Of a DNA stretch of 21,616 nt, positions 10,038 through 21,357 are shown one piece after another. Numbering within the stretch: the first letter of the stretch is position 1; the number at the start of each line of letters is the position of its first letter. The stretch comes from Octopus sinensis. Taxonomy: Eukaryota. The position numbers and the translations under genes were made by a program. The notes below the pieces were generated by a model, which saw only the letters and a program-made list of their open reading frames with translations, did not search any database and was not told where the DNA came from. The stretch covers positions 1 to 21,616 of the forward strand of contig NW_021823667.1 in the NCBI RefSeq assembly GCF_006345805.1, in the 5' to 3' direction.

Positions 10038-11751
10038 TATACAGATAGTATAGGCATCTCAGAGGGAATATTCCAAGGAGATAGCCTTTCTGTACTTCTT
10101 TTACTCTTGGCACTGAATCCATTATCATTCCTACTGCAGAAAACAAATGGTTACATGCTAGGATCTTCAACTGCTAGAAATATCAATGTAACTCATAATT
10201 TCTTTGTAGACCAGATTTATGCTAAAGTGTAAAGAAAGTGGAAAAACAGCTGGAATTAATAACAACGTTTTTAGCTGAGAGAAACACGTTCATATTTGGT
10301 TATTGAACGAAATATATCAGTCCTCCAAACCCAAAACCTGTGCATCAACGGTCTCTCTATCTCCCCCATTCCATACAAATAATGTTACTGCAAGTACTTA
10401 GGTATAGCTGAAGATGTATCATATGAAGACACTGTGAATGAAGATAGAGTGACCCGAGAATATTACACCAGACTTAGGAAATCAGAGCAGTGGGAACTTT
10501 CCTCTTACAAGACAGTATCTCACAATGCATCTGTAGTACCATTGGTGATTCAAGCATTTGGAATACTTGATTGGTCTGTAGAGGAAATCCAATCCATAGA
10601 TATCAAAACGCGCAAAATCCTGACAATAACTTAGAACATCCACAGAAATTGTGATGTTGAAAGAGTCTACCTATGAAGAAATGAAGGTGGTAGATGACTG
10701 GGATCAATGCAGACGGCCTTCGAATGACGTATGACATCCTTTAGGCAGCACCTGCTAAACAGCAGCAGGAAAAATAAATATATAAATGCAATGCTGGAAA
10801 GTGAAGTGGGTAACATTTTAGGAGTTGGCTGCGAGCTCCTCAAGAAGCTGGGCTCTCTTACCGCAGAGAAAACCTGGATGGAAAAAAAGACTATGCATGG
10901 GTATGTTGCTCGGAACCTTGAAGAAGACAGAATTGATAGGTACAGCAGCCTCTCTTGGAAACAAGATCACTACATCCCATGATTCTTTGAAGACTATGCG
11001 TTTGCAATCCATGAACAGGAGATTACCCCAAAGTACCTGGTGAGCATGAATGACAGTGACGCTCTCGTAATCCCAAGGTGCAACCGCATGTGTAGGCTAT
11101 GTCATGTTTCTGTGGAAGACATCACGCATGTGATTAGCAGGTGTCCTAAATAAGTTGTCATCACACTACTACCTCCCCATGCGGCATGATATTGTGGCTA
11201 AAATAATTTACAATGCCATCCACATAAAAGACTGTCCTGAACTAAACATAGAAAATCCCTCTATTATGGAATACATTCATAAACACCAACTCAAGGAATC
11301 TTGCTAGGAATATTCCCATAAAAAGACTCTCAAATGTAAGCATAACAGGACAGATGTTGCTGTTTGGGACAGAGGGGCAAAGGTATGTACCATCATAGAG
11401 GTCAGCTGCCCTGCAGATATAAATCTTCAAAATCAAAGAAAAAGAGGATAGCTATGGACAACTATTTCGAAATGTCTACCTTTTGTATTCAGACTATGAA
11501 TTCATGTTCATGCCGATGTTAATTGGAGCAATAGGTTTTGTTAATAAATGTTTAAAGGAGAATATGAATAAACTGGGGTTTTCAGAAAGAGAAATAGACA
11601 CGTAGAACAGTAAATAAATGTAAGACTTTTCTCAAGTTCCAAATGTGAATTTGTCTACGTTAAGTACATCACAAAGATGGAGCCTTGTCTCTTTGTTAGA
11701 AACCAGCTCCCCCCTCAGTGGAAGATTTATAATAATCTAAAAATAGAAGGG
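10038..11751 (+). mobile_element. 5'-truncated R4/Dong-clade RLE non-LTR retrotransposon relic (copy 2): partial RT, CCHC, RLE and 3' UTR; inactivated
   Basis: From 10065, in order: GIFQGDSLSVLLLLLALNPLSFLL, THNFFVD (broken YxDD), CKYLG, FGILDWSVEEIQSIDIKTRKILT, RVYL*RNEGGR*L, MHG, CRLCHVSVEDITHVISRC, RHDIVAK, RTDVAVWDRGAKVCTIIEVSCPAD, IGAIG, CKTFLKFQM*. Many stops and frameshifts. Followed by ACATACATACAT (11752-11763). Confidence 0.93.
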
Positions 11752-11816
11752 ACATACATACATCGGGACATATAAATTTGGTGATGCAATCAACAGAAAT
11801 AGAACTCAAGCCATGA

Positions 11817-11853
<37 letters not shown>

Positions 11854-12007
11854 GGCCTGCTCGCTTAGCCAGCGGGGTGGCGTCATTTGAAGGCTAAAGC
11901 AATACATACATACATACATACATACATACATACACGTATACAGACTTACGTACATACACACATGTTTACATAAACATATACATGCAGGCATATATACATA
12001 TGTATAA

Positions 12008-12197
12008 GGTTTCAAATTTTGGCACAAGGCCAATAGTTTCAGGCGTTGCGTCAGTCCACGAAATCGACCCCAGTATTCAATTGGTAATTATTTTATCGAT
12101 TTAAAACCGTCAAACGCGAACTTGAACTCGGAATATAAAGACGGACGAAATGGCGCTAAGCACTCTGTCCGGCTTGTAACGATCCTCTCTGTTCGCA
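12008..12197 (-). mobile_element. Degenerate SINE family B (inverted)
   Basis: TTTCAAATTTTGGCACAAGGCCA, ATCGACCCCAGT and TTGAACTCGGAA are reverse complements of the family B tail, core and B box. Confidence 0.75.
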
Positions 12198-12344
12198 TTA
12201 CCCCCCCCCCCACACACACACACTCATGCACGTACACGCAGATACTCACAGACATACACGCATATATATATGCATATGTAATGATTGTAATTATGCATAT
12301 GCACTTATGTATATATGTATGTATGTATGTACGTATATATATAT

Positions 12345-12382
<38 letters not shown>

Positions 12383-12881
12383 CGTGTGTGATGCGTGTGT
12401 GGTTGTGAGTTGGTGTATGCGTCTGTATGAGTGCTTTTGTGTTAAAAGTGAAGGAATTATTGACATAATGATAAGATGTGCAGACCGATTGCGCCAAATT
12501 AAATAACCCCACCCTACCCACGCATACCTATAAAACATTAGCTGACTTTTTACAATGCCGCAACTGGCAGAAAATTGAGATAAAATGAATAAATATTACA
12601 GAGTGAAAACTGAACAAAATATTTAATAAAAAAACAAGAAAACAACACTGAAAAATAGTGTAGAAAATAAATATTTGTTGTGTATCGATTAATTTTTTTT
12701 TTCATTTAATATGTACAGCTGTTACTCATTCGATTCTTGGTTTTATATTTCATATCGTCGCGTTTTTGGAATTAGAAATTTTAATTATATTTTCTTCGAA
12801 ATATTGACAAATATTTTGAAAAAGTATGGATGTGTCATGGCAGCACTTGGTTTGTTTTTTTAATTTTTTTTTATCATGTAT

Positions 12882-13090
12882 TTGTTTTACTCATTGGATT
12901 GCGGCCAAGCTGAGTAGAGCTTTTGAAGTGTTTAGACGAACAAATAAACCCCAGTATATAAATTTTTAAAATTTGTATTTTATTCGACTGTTCTCTTATG
13001 TTGGTAGATTCGATTGCAGAGACGTAAGTAAACCAACGCCGGTTGTCATACGGTGGGTTGACAAACACACAGACACAGAAAGACACACAT
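12882..13090 (-). mobile_element. Old, degenerate SINE family A 3' module (inverted)
   Basis: TCATTGGATTGCGGCCA...CCCCAG...CGGTTGTCA...ACAAACACACAGACAC is colinear with 3010-3210 and 17058-17250. Confidence 0.65.
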
Positions 13091-13126
13091 ATTTATGAGA
13101 TTAGGCCCTTTGTCCCCACCACACTT

Positions 13127-13290
13127 GGACAATAACCACACCAAGGATAAATTACCCCTGAGGACAACAGATGATTCAGAAGTTCTTAATATATTGGAGA
13201 GGGGGTAATTAAGCAAGTGGTGAAATTGTACCAGGTGGCAGTTGTCTTCAGGAGGAATTGTCTTAGGGGAATGTAACTGTTCTGATACGT
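13127..13290. mobile_element. Foldback/MITE-like relic made of inverted arrays of a ~15-bp motif
   Basis: Left units GGACAATAACCAC, GGATAAATTACCCC and GGACAAC. Right units in the opposite orientation: GGGGGTAATT, GTGGTGAAATTGTACC, GGTGGCAGTTGTCT and GGAGGAATTGTCT. Confidence 0.5.
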
Positions 13291-13295
13291 ATATT

Positions 13296-13564
<269 letters not shown>

Positions 13565-13569
13565 CGAGA

Positions 13570-13650
13570 GGCTTAGGAGTGGATGTGTGGTAAGTAGCTT
13601 GCTCTTACCAACCACCTGGTTCCGGGTTCAGTCCCACACCGTGGCACCTT
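13570..13650 (+). mobile_element. SINE family A, isolated tRNA-like head
   Basis: GGAGTGGATGTGTGGTAAGTAGCTTGCT...CCAACCACCTGGTTCCGGGTTCAGTCCCAC aligns with 3661-3730. Confidence 0.8.
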
Positions 13651-14021
13651 TTAAATAAAATCGCCTTGTTACTAGAGTATAGCTGTTGCGTTGATTATTA
13701 TTTATTTAATCTAGGATCATATGGAGCAAATTTGGGTAGAGGTTTTCTCTCTGTCATCTTTGCATCTGGTTTGTGTATCAAGAATGTTGATATCGAATGA
13801 TTTCTTCATTATTATTTTCTAATGAAAAATAGTAGCGTCTGATGTGAAGTTCGTTACGATTTCCAGCAGTTTCTGTTAGTCCGTATGTTTTGTTTCTAAC
13901 GTAGTTTTATTTTTAAAGGTGCAATTAATTTCTCTCGTGCTAAGCATTATATCACAGTGATTAATAAAAGAAAATCAGGCGCAGTAGACTGACAATCTTT
14001 GCTACAATATTAAAGGAAATG

Positions 14022-14920
14022 TATTGGGTCATCCCATAAATAATGCGGTATTTTTATATGTTTATTTTTGAAAATTAAGATAATCGAAGCTCTTTTTCAA
14101 TCTAAAATATATTCTCCTTCATTTTCTACAAAACTCTTCCATCTATCTGGTAAACTTGCAAGAGCCCTCTTCCAAAATTCCCTTGTCCGTGACGAAAAAT
14201 AATCCTCCACTACTGTTCTAACCTTATCTCCAGAATTCTTATTTTTTCCGTCCAAATGATTTTGAAGACTGCGGAATAAAGGAGAATCAGATGGGGCAAA
14301 GTCCAGTGAATATTTTAGGTGGGGCATCGTTTCGCATTCAAACTGTTCCAGCCTTTGGAATGTCACCCTCGCATTATCCTGATGCTAGAACACCTTCCAT
14401 CTTGAAACCTAAGAGGGTCGTTTTTCTTCAAGCGCTGATTGGAATGACTGGTTGAATGACCAAATCCAAGCTTCTCTGTTAGTTCTTCAACTGTTATAAT
14501 GGAATTTTGTTCCATTAAGGACGTCCTCGTCGAGATCTACAGGTCTTCCAGGACGAGACTCGTCTTCTAGGCTTGAATTTCCGGCTCGGAATTTCTCGAA
14601 CCACCGTTGACACTTGCTTACGCTTATCGTCCGATCCCCATATACTGCATAAATATTCATCGCAGTTTCCGTTGCGCTGTTGCCTTTATTGAACTCATAA
14701 AGCAAAATATGCCGAATATGCTCCTTTGCCACTTCCATTATAACTTTGAAAAAATAACTGTTACAATCGAACTGCACTCTTCAAAACTTGCACTAAGAAT
14801 AGGACAAGGAAAAATTATTACCTGCTTTTATAGCAAGTTGATGCAGGTAGCTTATCCCGCCCCGTCCGACTTTTAGTTCATGCAATTGAAAAAAAAGCAT
14901 TATTTCTGGGATGAACCATA
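14022..14920 (-). mobile_element. Mariner (Tc1/mariner, DD34D type) transposon with an internal deletion
   Basis: TIRs TATTGGGTCATCCCATAAATAATGC (from 14022) and GCATTATTTCTGGGATGAACCATA (to 14920), with TA at both ends. Transposase remnants lie inside. About 900 bp versus ~1.3 kb for a typical mariner. Confidence 0.93.
14097..14738 (-). pseudogene. Mariner transposase pseudogene
   Basis: N-terminus MEVAKEHIRHILLYEFNKG...WFEKFRAGNSSLEDESRPGRP. Catalytic remnants HQDNA and YSLDFAPSD, C-terminus RWKSFVENEGEYILD*. The WVPHEL motif and first catalytic Asp region are deleted, and frameshifts and stops are present. Confidence 0.92.
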
Positions 14921-15247
14921 GGGATCGGCAGCACTACGTTCGATAAAAAGAAAAGTTTCATTTTTATCGAAAACAAATATTTTGATGTACAAAATGAAAA
15001 GGAATATATGAGTAACTGCAAATCATGTCAAGAACGCTGTCTCGGTCAGAAGATAAATTCAGAACCAACTGATATCATGAGCATAGTCCAGTAATAAGAT
15101 GAATATAAGTCGCACTATTAATGACATAGTGCTTTAGATGTTGCTTTGGGTCCGTAAACCCTTGGGTTACGCGTAAATATTACACGGCGTAATTTAAACC
15201 CCCTTGAATTTGGAGGCTTGATGAAAAGAAACCATTATTTACTCTAA

Positions 15248-15460
15248 GATGGCGAGCTAGATGAATCGTTAGCATGCCGGACAAAATCCTTAGCGACGTT
15301 CAGTTCGTTCTTACGTTCTGAGTTCAGATTCCGTCCAGGTCGACTTTGCCATTCATTATTTCGGTGTCGATAAAATAAGTACCAGTTGAGAACTGGGATC
15401 AATGCAATCAACTTACTCCTCCCTTACAATCGCTGGCCTTCTTCCAAAAATTTGAGACCA
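15248..15460 (+). mobile_element. SINE family B, standard tail
   Basis: GGCGAGCTAG head, CGTTCTGAGTTCAGATTCC, core GGTCGACTTTGCC...GTCGATAAAATAAGTACCAGTTGAG, tail CCAAAAATTTGAGAC. Confidence 0.85.
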
Positions 15461-15477
15461 TTTTAAAGTTTTAGCTA

Positions 15478-15688
15478 AAGGAACGAGCTGGCACAAACGT
15501 TACTGCGTTGAATAAAGCGCTTATTTAAATTTATTTATGTTACTTTCGTTCTGAGTTCAAACCCTGCTGAGGTTAATTTTGTGTTTCATCCTTTCGCTGT
15601 CGATAAATTGAAGTAACAGTCAAGTATTCGGCCGATCGTAACTGACTAACCCCTCCCTCATTGTTGCCCGTGTGTCAAAATTCAAAAC
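15478..15688 (+). mobile_element. SINE family B, degenerate
   Basis: CGAGCTGGCACAAACGTTA head, CGTTCTGAGTTCAAA, TTTCATCCTTTCGCTGTCGATAAA and tail GTGTCAAAATTCAAAAC. Confidence 0.75.
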
Positions 15689-15699
15689 AACAACAACGT

Positions 15700-16432
15700 C
15701 AGTGAGCAGGTAGAAACCTTAGCACGTCGGGCGAAATGCTTAGTGGTATTTCGTCTGCCGTTACGTTCTGAGCTCAAATTCCCCCGAAGTCGACTTTGCC
15801 TTTCATCCTTTCGGGGTCTATTAAGTAAATACCAGTCACGCACTGGGGTCGATGTAATCGACTTAATCCCTTTGTCTGTCCTGTTTGTCCTGTCTGTGTT
15901 TAGCCCCTTGTGGGTAGTAAAGAAATAGGTATTTCGTCTGCCGCTATGTTCTGAGTTCAAATTTCGCCGAGGTTGACTTTGCCTTTCCTTCTTTCGGGGT
16001 CGATTAATTAAGTACCAGACACGCACTGGTGTCGATGTAATCGACTTAATCCTTTTGTCTGTCCTTGTTTGTCCTCTCTGTGTTTAGCCCATTGTGGGTA
16101 GTAAAGAAATAGGTATTTCGTCTGCCGTTACGTTCTGAGTTGAAATTCTGCGGTAGTCGACTTTGCTTTTAATCGTTTGGGGGTCGATTAAATAAGTACC
16201 ATTTATGGACTGGGGTCGATATAATCGACTTCATCCGTTTGTCTGTCCTTGTTTGTCTTGTCTGTGTTTAGCCCCTTGTGGGTAGTAAAGAAATAGGTAT
16301 TTCGTCTGTTGCTACGACTTTGCTTTTCATCGTTTCGGGGTCGATAAATTAAGTACCAGTTGCGTACTGATCGATCCAATCGTCTGGCTCCGCTTCTCCA
16401 AAACTTCGGGTCTTATGCCTAGTGTGGAAAAG
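15700..16432 (+). repeat. SINE-B-derived tandem array: one head, three 183-184-bp units and a final deleted unit with a standard-type tail
   Basis: Units begin GGTATTTCGTCTG at 15745, 15928, 16112 and 16296. The first three end TTGTGGGTAGTAAAGAAATA. Confidence 0.92.
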
Positions 16433-16444
16433 CATTGTGTGCGC

Positions 16445-16562
16445 GTGAGACAACGTACTTAGCAGGATGTCCTCCGGCTCTATACGTTCTGAGTTTACAC
16501 TGACATCAACTTCGCGTTTTATCGATTCAAAATTGCTGTCCTTGTGCGGCAGCTAGAAAAAG
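16445..16562 (+). mobile_element. Deleted SINE family B remnant
   Basis: CTTAGC...TACGTTCTGAGTT...AAATTGCTGTCCTTGTGC...TAGAAA are colinear pieces of family B. Confidence 0.55.
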
Positions 16563-17055
16563 TTATTTACTTTATCTCCAGCAATTACCATTCAAATAAA
16601 TTGTTTTATTTTTAGCGGATAGAAATATATTTCAATAGGGAACATACGCACGACGTTATATATGAAGGACAGGATTTGCGAAAAATCACTTCTCATCCCC
16701 TCAAGTGGATGATGTTAAATAATGTAGCAATTTTTAAAGACAAAATTCTATATTATATCTGCTATTAACCGATTCTGTGAAACGTAATCTACAAATTACA
16801 CGCTGCAGCAATCAAATTTACATCATGCGTGAAATTATTTGTTTTGAATTAATTTCATACCCCTTTATTCCCGTTCAAAATTCTCAAAGTCCCTTACTTT
16901 TGTATAATTCGAAGAGAAACAACGATAGTTTTGATACTAGCTTCTTCTAGAATGATAAGGAAGAGCTTGAAGCGACTAACATGGTTTTGTTTATTTTCAG
17001 ATTCAATCAGATTCAAATCGTTGTTGAAAAATTTACGATCGGGCAGGGGCTTTTA

Positions 17056-17328
17056 CTTTTACTTGTTTCAGTCAGTTGATTGTGGCCATCAACTGCCTTT
17101 AGTTGAGCAAATCGACCCCAGGACTTATTCTTTGTAAGCCTAGTACTTATGCTATCGATCTCTTTTGCCGAACCGCTAAGTTACGGGACATAAACACACC
17201 AGCATCGGTTGTCAAGTGATGTTGGGGGGGGGACACAGACACACAAACGTATACACACACACACACACCAAACGTATACATACACACACATATATAAATA
17301 TATATATATATACGACGGGCTTCTTCAA
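17056..17328 (-). mobile_element. SINE family A (inverted): 3' module, internal microsatellite and end of body
   Basis: TTTACTTGTTTCAGTC...GGACTTATTCTTTGTAAGCCTAGTACTTAT...CGGTTGTCAAG, then (CA)/(TA), then TACGACGGGCTTCTT. Confidence 0.88.
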
Positions 17329-17339
17329 CTATTCCATTT

Positions 17340-17860
17340 TTTGATGTCCACTCTAAGGTGTTTTCCTCCAATTCTAAAAGTCTATTTTGTGGCCAAACTT
17401 GCTGATGTTGTCCATGTGTCAACGATGTTACAACAAGACAACATTTATATCTCCACTCTCAGATTCCTTTTTTTTCAATGATGAGGGCTTATCGAACGTG
17501 GAAAGGGACTTCGTTCATTTCAATTTAGTCCACCACGCAAACACTTTTGCACTGCTCACTAGACAGATGAAAACTGTCTGTTTTGATGATCAAAAGATGG
17601 CAATGGGGTGATCTTTATAGTGTATTTGGCTGCTGAGGTTTTGGAAGCAGTGGATGTATTCTATCAGCTGGTATTTTCTGTTGTCGTTGGCCTAGAAGAC
17701 TTTAATAGGTGAATAGTTTTACCAGGATTGTTGCACCTAGCATCTACGACTTTTACTCTCCAAATCCACAATCATTACTAATATTCTGACATCTCCCTTA
17801 GGTTGTCTGAATCAACATCTCCAAATCCAACCAAACTTACCTTGTGAAAACTTGTTATTT
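17340..17860 (-). mobile_element. Possible very degenerate RTE-like LINE RT fragment
   Basis: Weak colinear minus-strand echoes in different frames: F*AND (FADD-like), FICLVSS (FTYLGS-like) and VDTWTTSAS (ETWT-like). Needs a profile search. Confidence 0.3.
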
Positions 17861-18354
17861 TTTATTTCCAGCATCGTTCTAGAGCTCTTGAACACAACAC
17901 AACACTTTTCACCACTCAACAGAAGTGTAGCTACGTTCGCAATTGTTACTCGGATCACTCACCGATCCTTCTAAATAAGTACTCTGAAGTGAAATTTTTA
18001 ACCATTAAATTAAATAAAATATATTCTTGCACACTATATTTGCATTTAATTGTCTTTTCCTCGTTTTTAATTTGAGCTGTACTTGATTTGATATTCTGTA
18101 ATAACATAAACTATTTCGTACACAATTGTATTTCATTTCGTAGTAGATTTCTACTAATTACAATAACGTTATTTGCGAGATCAACCACTATAATGTGTTG
18201 AGGTCTAATTAAGAATAATCTAATTAGGTGAGCAACGAATTATGCTGACAAACTAATTTACACCGATGTGGGTGTATACATCCATTTATTAAAGTTTACT
18301 GATGTGAAACTTTACTTCTTATTAGTCGACATAAAACTTACTGATATATTTTGT

Positions 18355-18665
18355 ACGTACACATACATACATACATGTATTTGTCTATATATATGTGTGT
18401 GTGTGTGTGTGCGTACGTGTGTGTGTATGTGTGATTTATACAATAGTTGTTGTGTATACATAAATGCACATACAAACACCACGTGCGCACACACACATCT
18501 ACAGAGACAGATACATATATACTTATACATGCATGTATATATATGTATAATATACACATATACATATATATATATATATTTATATATATATAAATATTTT
18601 TGTATATGTATGTGCATACATATGTGTGTATATATATATGTATATGCACACACACACATATATAG
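18355..18665. repeat. Degenerate (TA)/(TG)/(CA) compound microsatellite
   Basis: Read directly. Confidence 0.9.
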
Positions 18666-19094
18666 ATGTATTTGAATCAATATTAATATAAGAAGCAATG
18701 GAACATAAACAAATTACATTTAATACGATACAATAGGAGAACCAGTCTAGAAGAAGCAGAGCAACCAACACACGGCGTTGGCAGCATTACACAATTGATT
18801 TAGCAGCGATAATGAAAATAAACAAGGTAAAATAACAACAATAATATATGACATCTGTGCAACCAGTTAAAATTAGTAGAACGGTGTGAATGGAACTTGA
18901 AAAAATATGGTAACCTGTGAAATAATACAGCTTGATGAATAGTTGTGCAAGTTCGTACTAAATAGATTGTTCTTTGTTGACGAATGATTGTTTTCGTAAT
19001 CGTGTGACGACTGGATTCTTGTGAGATTTCAACTTCTTTTCTTCCCTTGCTTACATATCTTTTCTATTTAGTTGCTTTGTATCTTCCAAACTTT

Positions 19095-19295
19095 TCCCGC
19101 TCTGCTTCTTTCATTTCCTTCTTTCTTTCTTTCTTTCTTTCTTTTTCCTTCTCTTTCTTTTTCTTTTTTATTTCTTTTTGGTTTCGTTTCTTTCTTTCTT
19201 TTCCTTCTCTTCCAACGTTCATGTTTTGGTTGTCTCTTTTTTCGCTTCTTTTTCTTTCTTCTTTTATTTTCCTTCTTTCATTTAATGTTTCTTTT
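19095..19295 (+). repeat. Polypyrimidine (TTTC-like) low-complexity tract
   Basis: Read directly. Confidence 0.85.
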
Positions 19296-19507
19296 GTAAT
19301 TTATGTGGTTATGAAAATACAGTTAAACATTATACAGAACAAGGCACGGCGTTCACATGAATTTCAATGCCTACCAAATTAATATTCATAAAGAAAAGTT
19401 TCAAGTGGCTTCTATGTTTTGGCTTACTGGTCGTCGTTATACTTTATTCAGTTTGGCAAAATTTTTGTTTAATGTGTACAGGAATATATATATGAAAATT
19501 AGGTGTG

Positions 19508-19542
<35 letters not shown>

Positions 19543-19807
19543 CATATATGAATTTGTGTGTAGGAATGTGACAGTATATTTAGAAGGAATGTGTTGAAGA
19601 AGAATTCGAAATAAAGTCTATATTTAATAGTGGGGATAGAGAAGTGTTGTAGAGAGTGTTTATCTGGTTTGATATAGACGCTTCTTCATGTTTGAGCTCA
19701 ATGAGACAGGTATGCATTTCTTGAATTTAGAAGGCGTGTTATTCAAAACGAAGAGATTTTAGAACTAGTTTCTGTTTGTCACACGTGAATGTATGTATGT
19801 ATGTATC

Positions 19808-20144
<337 letters not shown>

Positions 20145-20393
20145 TAAATGAAATAGGGAAGATGGAATATACGAGAATTTATTAATAATCACGGAATTGT
20201 TTTGACACGTCTATCATCGATTCCATTCATATGGGATCAATGCTAGATGTATCGAAACAATTGCCGTGGTTAATAATCATTCTCGTATATTCCATCTCCC
20301 ATCCTTCATTTGTAATATACTTTACGATCGCTGCCGAAAGTGGCTGTGCTTTACCAGTAAGCTACGAGATGTAACCATTCGTTTTATTATCTA

Positions 20394-20397
<4 letters not shown>

Positions 20398-20435
<38 letters not shown>

Positions 20436-20436
20436 G

Positions 20437-20487
<51 letters not shown>
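20398..20487. repeat. (TA)n microsatellite
   Basis: Read directly. Confidence 0.95.
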
Positions 20488-20490
<3 letters not shown>

Positions 20491-21128
20491 TGTGTAGATG
20501 AGCGTGTGATTTTTGTATATCTTGCTTTTATCAATATTATTTCTAACTGTAACCAATTCGGTGATGACGCTGCAGAATTGATTAAATATCCGATAGATCA
20601 TGATATAGCCATCACCTTCAACGAACTTCTAAACTTTTATCAACGTATTTATCTTATTTATCTCGCGTACACATTCACATGCTATCAGTCTTCTGTCAAA
20701 TTCGCATCATGTTTAACTCAAAGAGAACCGTTTCTGACCCTCTGAGATTACTTAAGTAATTTCACTGGCATCTGCTATTAAGTAATTATTATAATTACCA
20801 TACGTTCTGTGTTATTATACACTAACTATAGTAATAACCGCAGCGAATGAAGAACAATGTGTATGTATCATCGAATACTAATCTGGCCTTTATATAATGA
20901 GCCAAAACAGAGGAAGAGCAAAAAGATGATATAAATTTACCTCGAACTTAGAGACGATCGAATAGTAATCAAGCTTGTTAAGGTCTATTTTCGTTCCTCA
21001 ATATCTCCTTTGTAATTTGCCTGCTATGTGTTAATGTACGTATAAATAATTTATCGATGAAAACACGTATGTAATCTAAGATGTACATCTACTTCTAGAT
21101 ACGTATGCACATTCCCCACCTAACCTTT

Positions 21129-21165
21129 CACACACACACACTTACATACAAATGTGTAAATATTT

Positions 21166-21209
<44 letters not shown>

Positions 21210-21357
21210 TTGTGTGTGTGTGTGTGTGGTGTATATACATACACACACACATATATATATATATACATATATATATAATATATATATACATACATTACAT
21301 ACATACATACATATAATACATACATACATACATAATATTATATATATATATATATAT
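21129..21357. repeat. Compound (CA)/(TA)/(TG)/(CATA) microsatellite
   Basis: Read directly. Confidence 0.92.

Noticed and set aside
11764-11817. Possible continuation of the RTE fragment beyond the R4 insertions
   Set aside because: Only a faint KFICPD versus FTYLGS echo, with the wrong spacing.
11853-11900. GC-rich 48-bp island with a TTAGCC/GGCTAA stem between microsatellites
   Set aside because: Probably a fragment of another interspersed repeat; too short to classify.
15745-16432. Regular repeats as a CRISPR-like array
   Set aside because: The units are whole 184-bp SINE-derived copies with no unique spacers. The context is eukaryotic and there are no cas genes.
20506-20745. 79-aa ORF in unique sequence
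   Set aside because: Non-ATG start, no recognisable motif, and a length compatible with chance.
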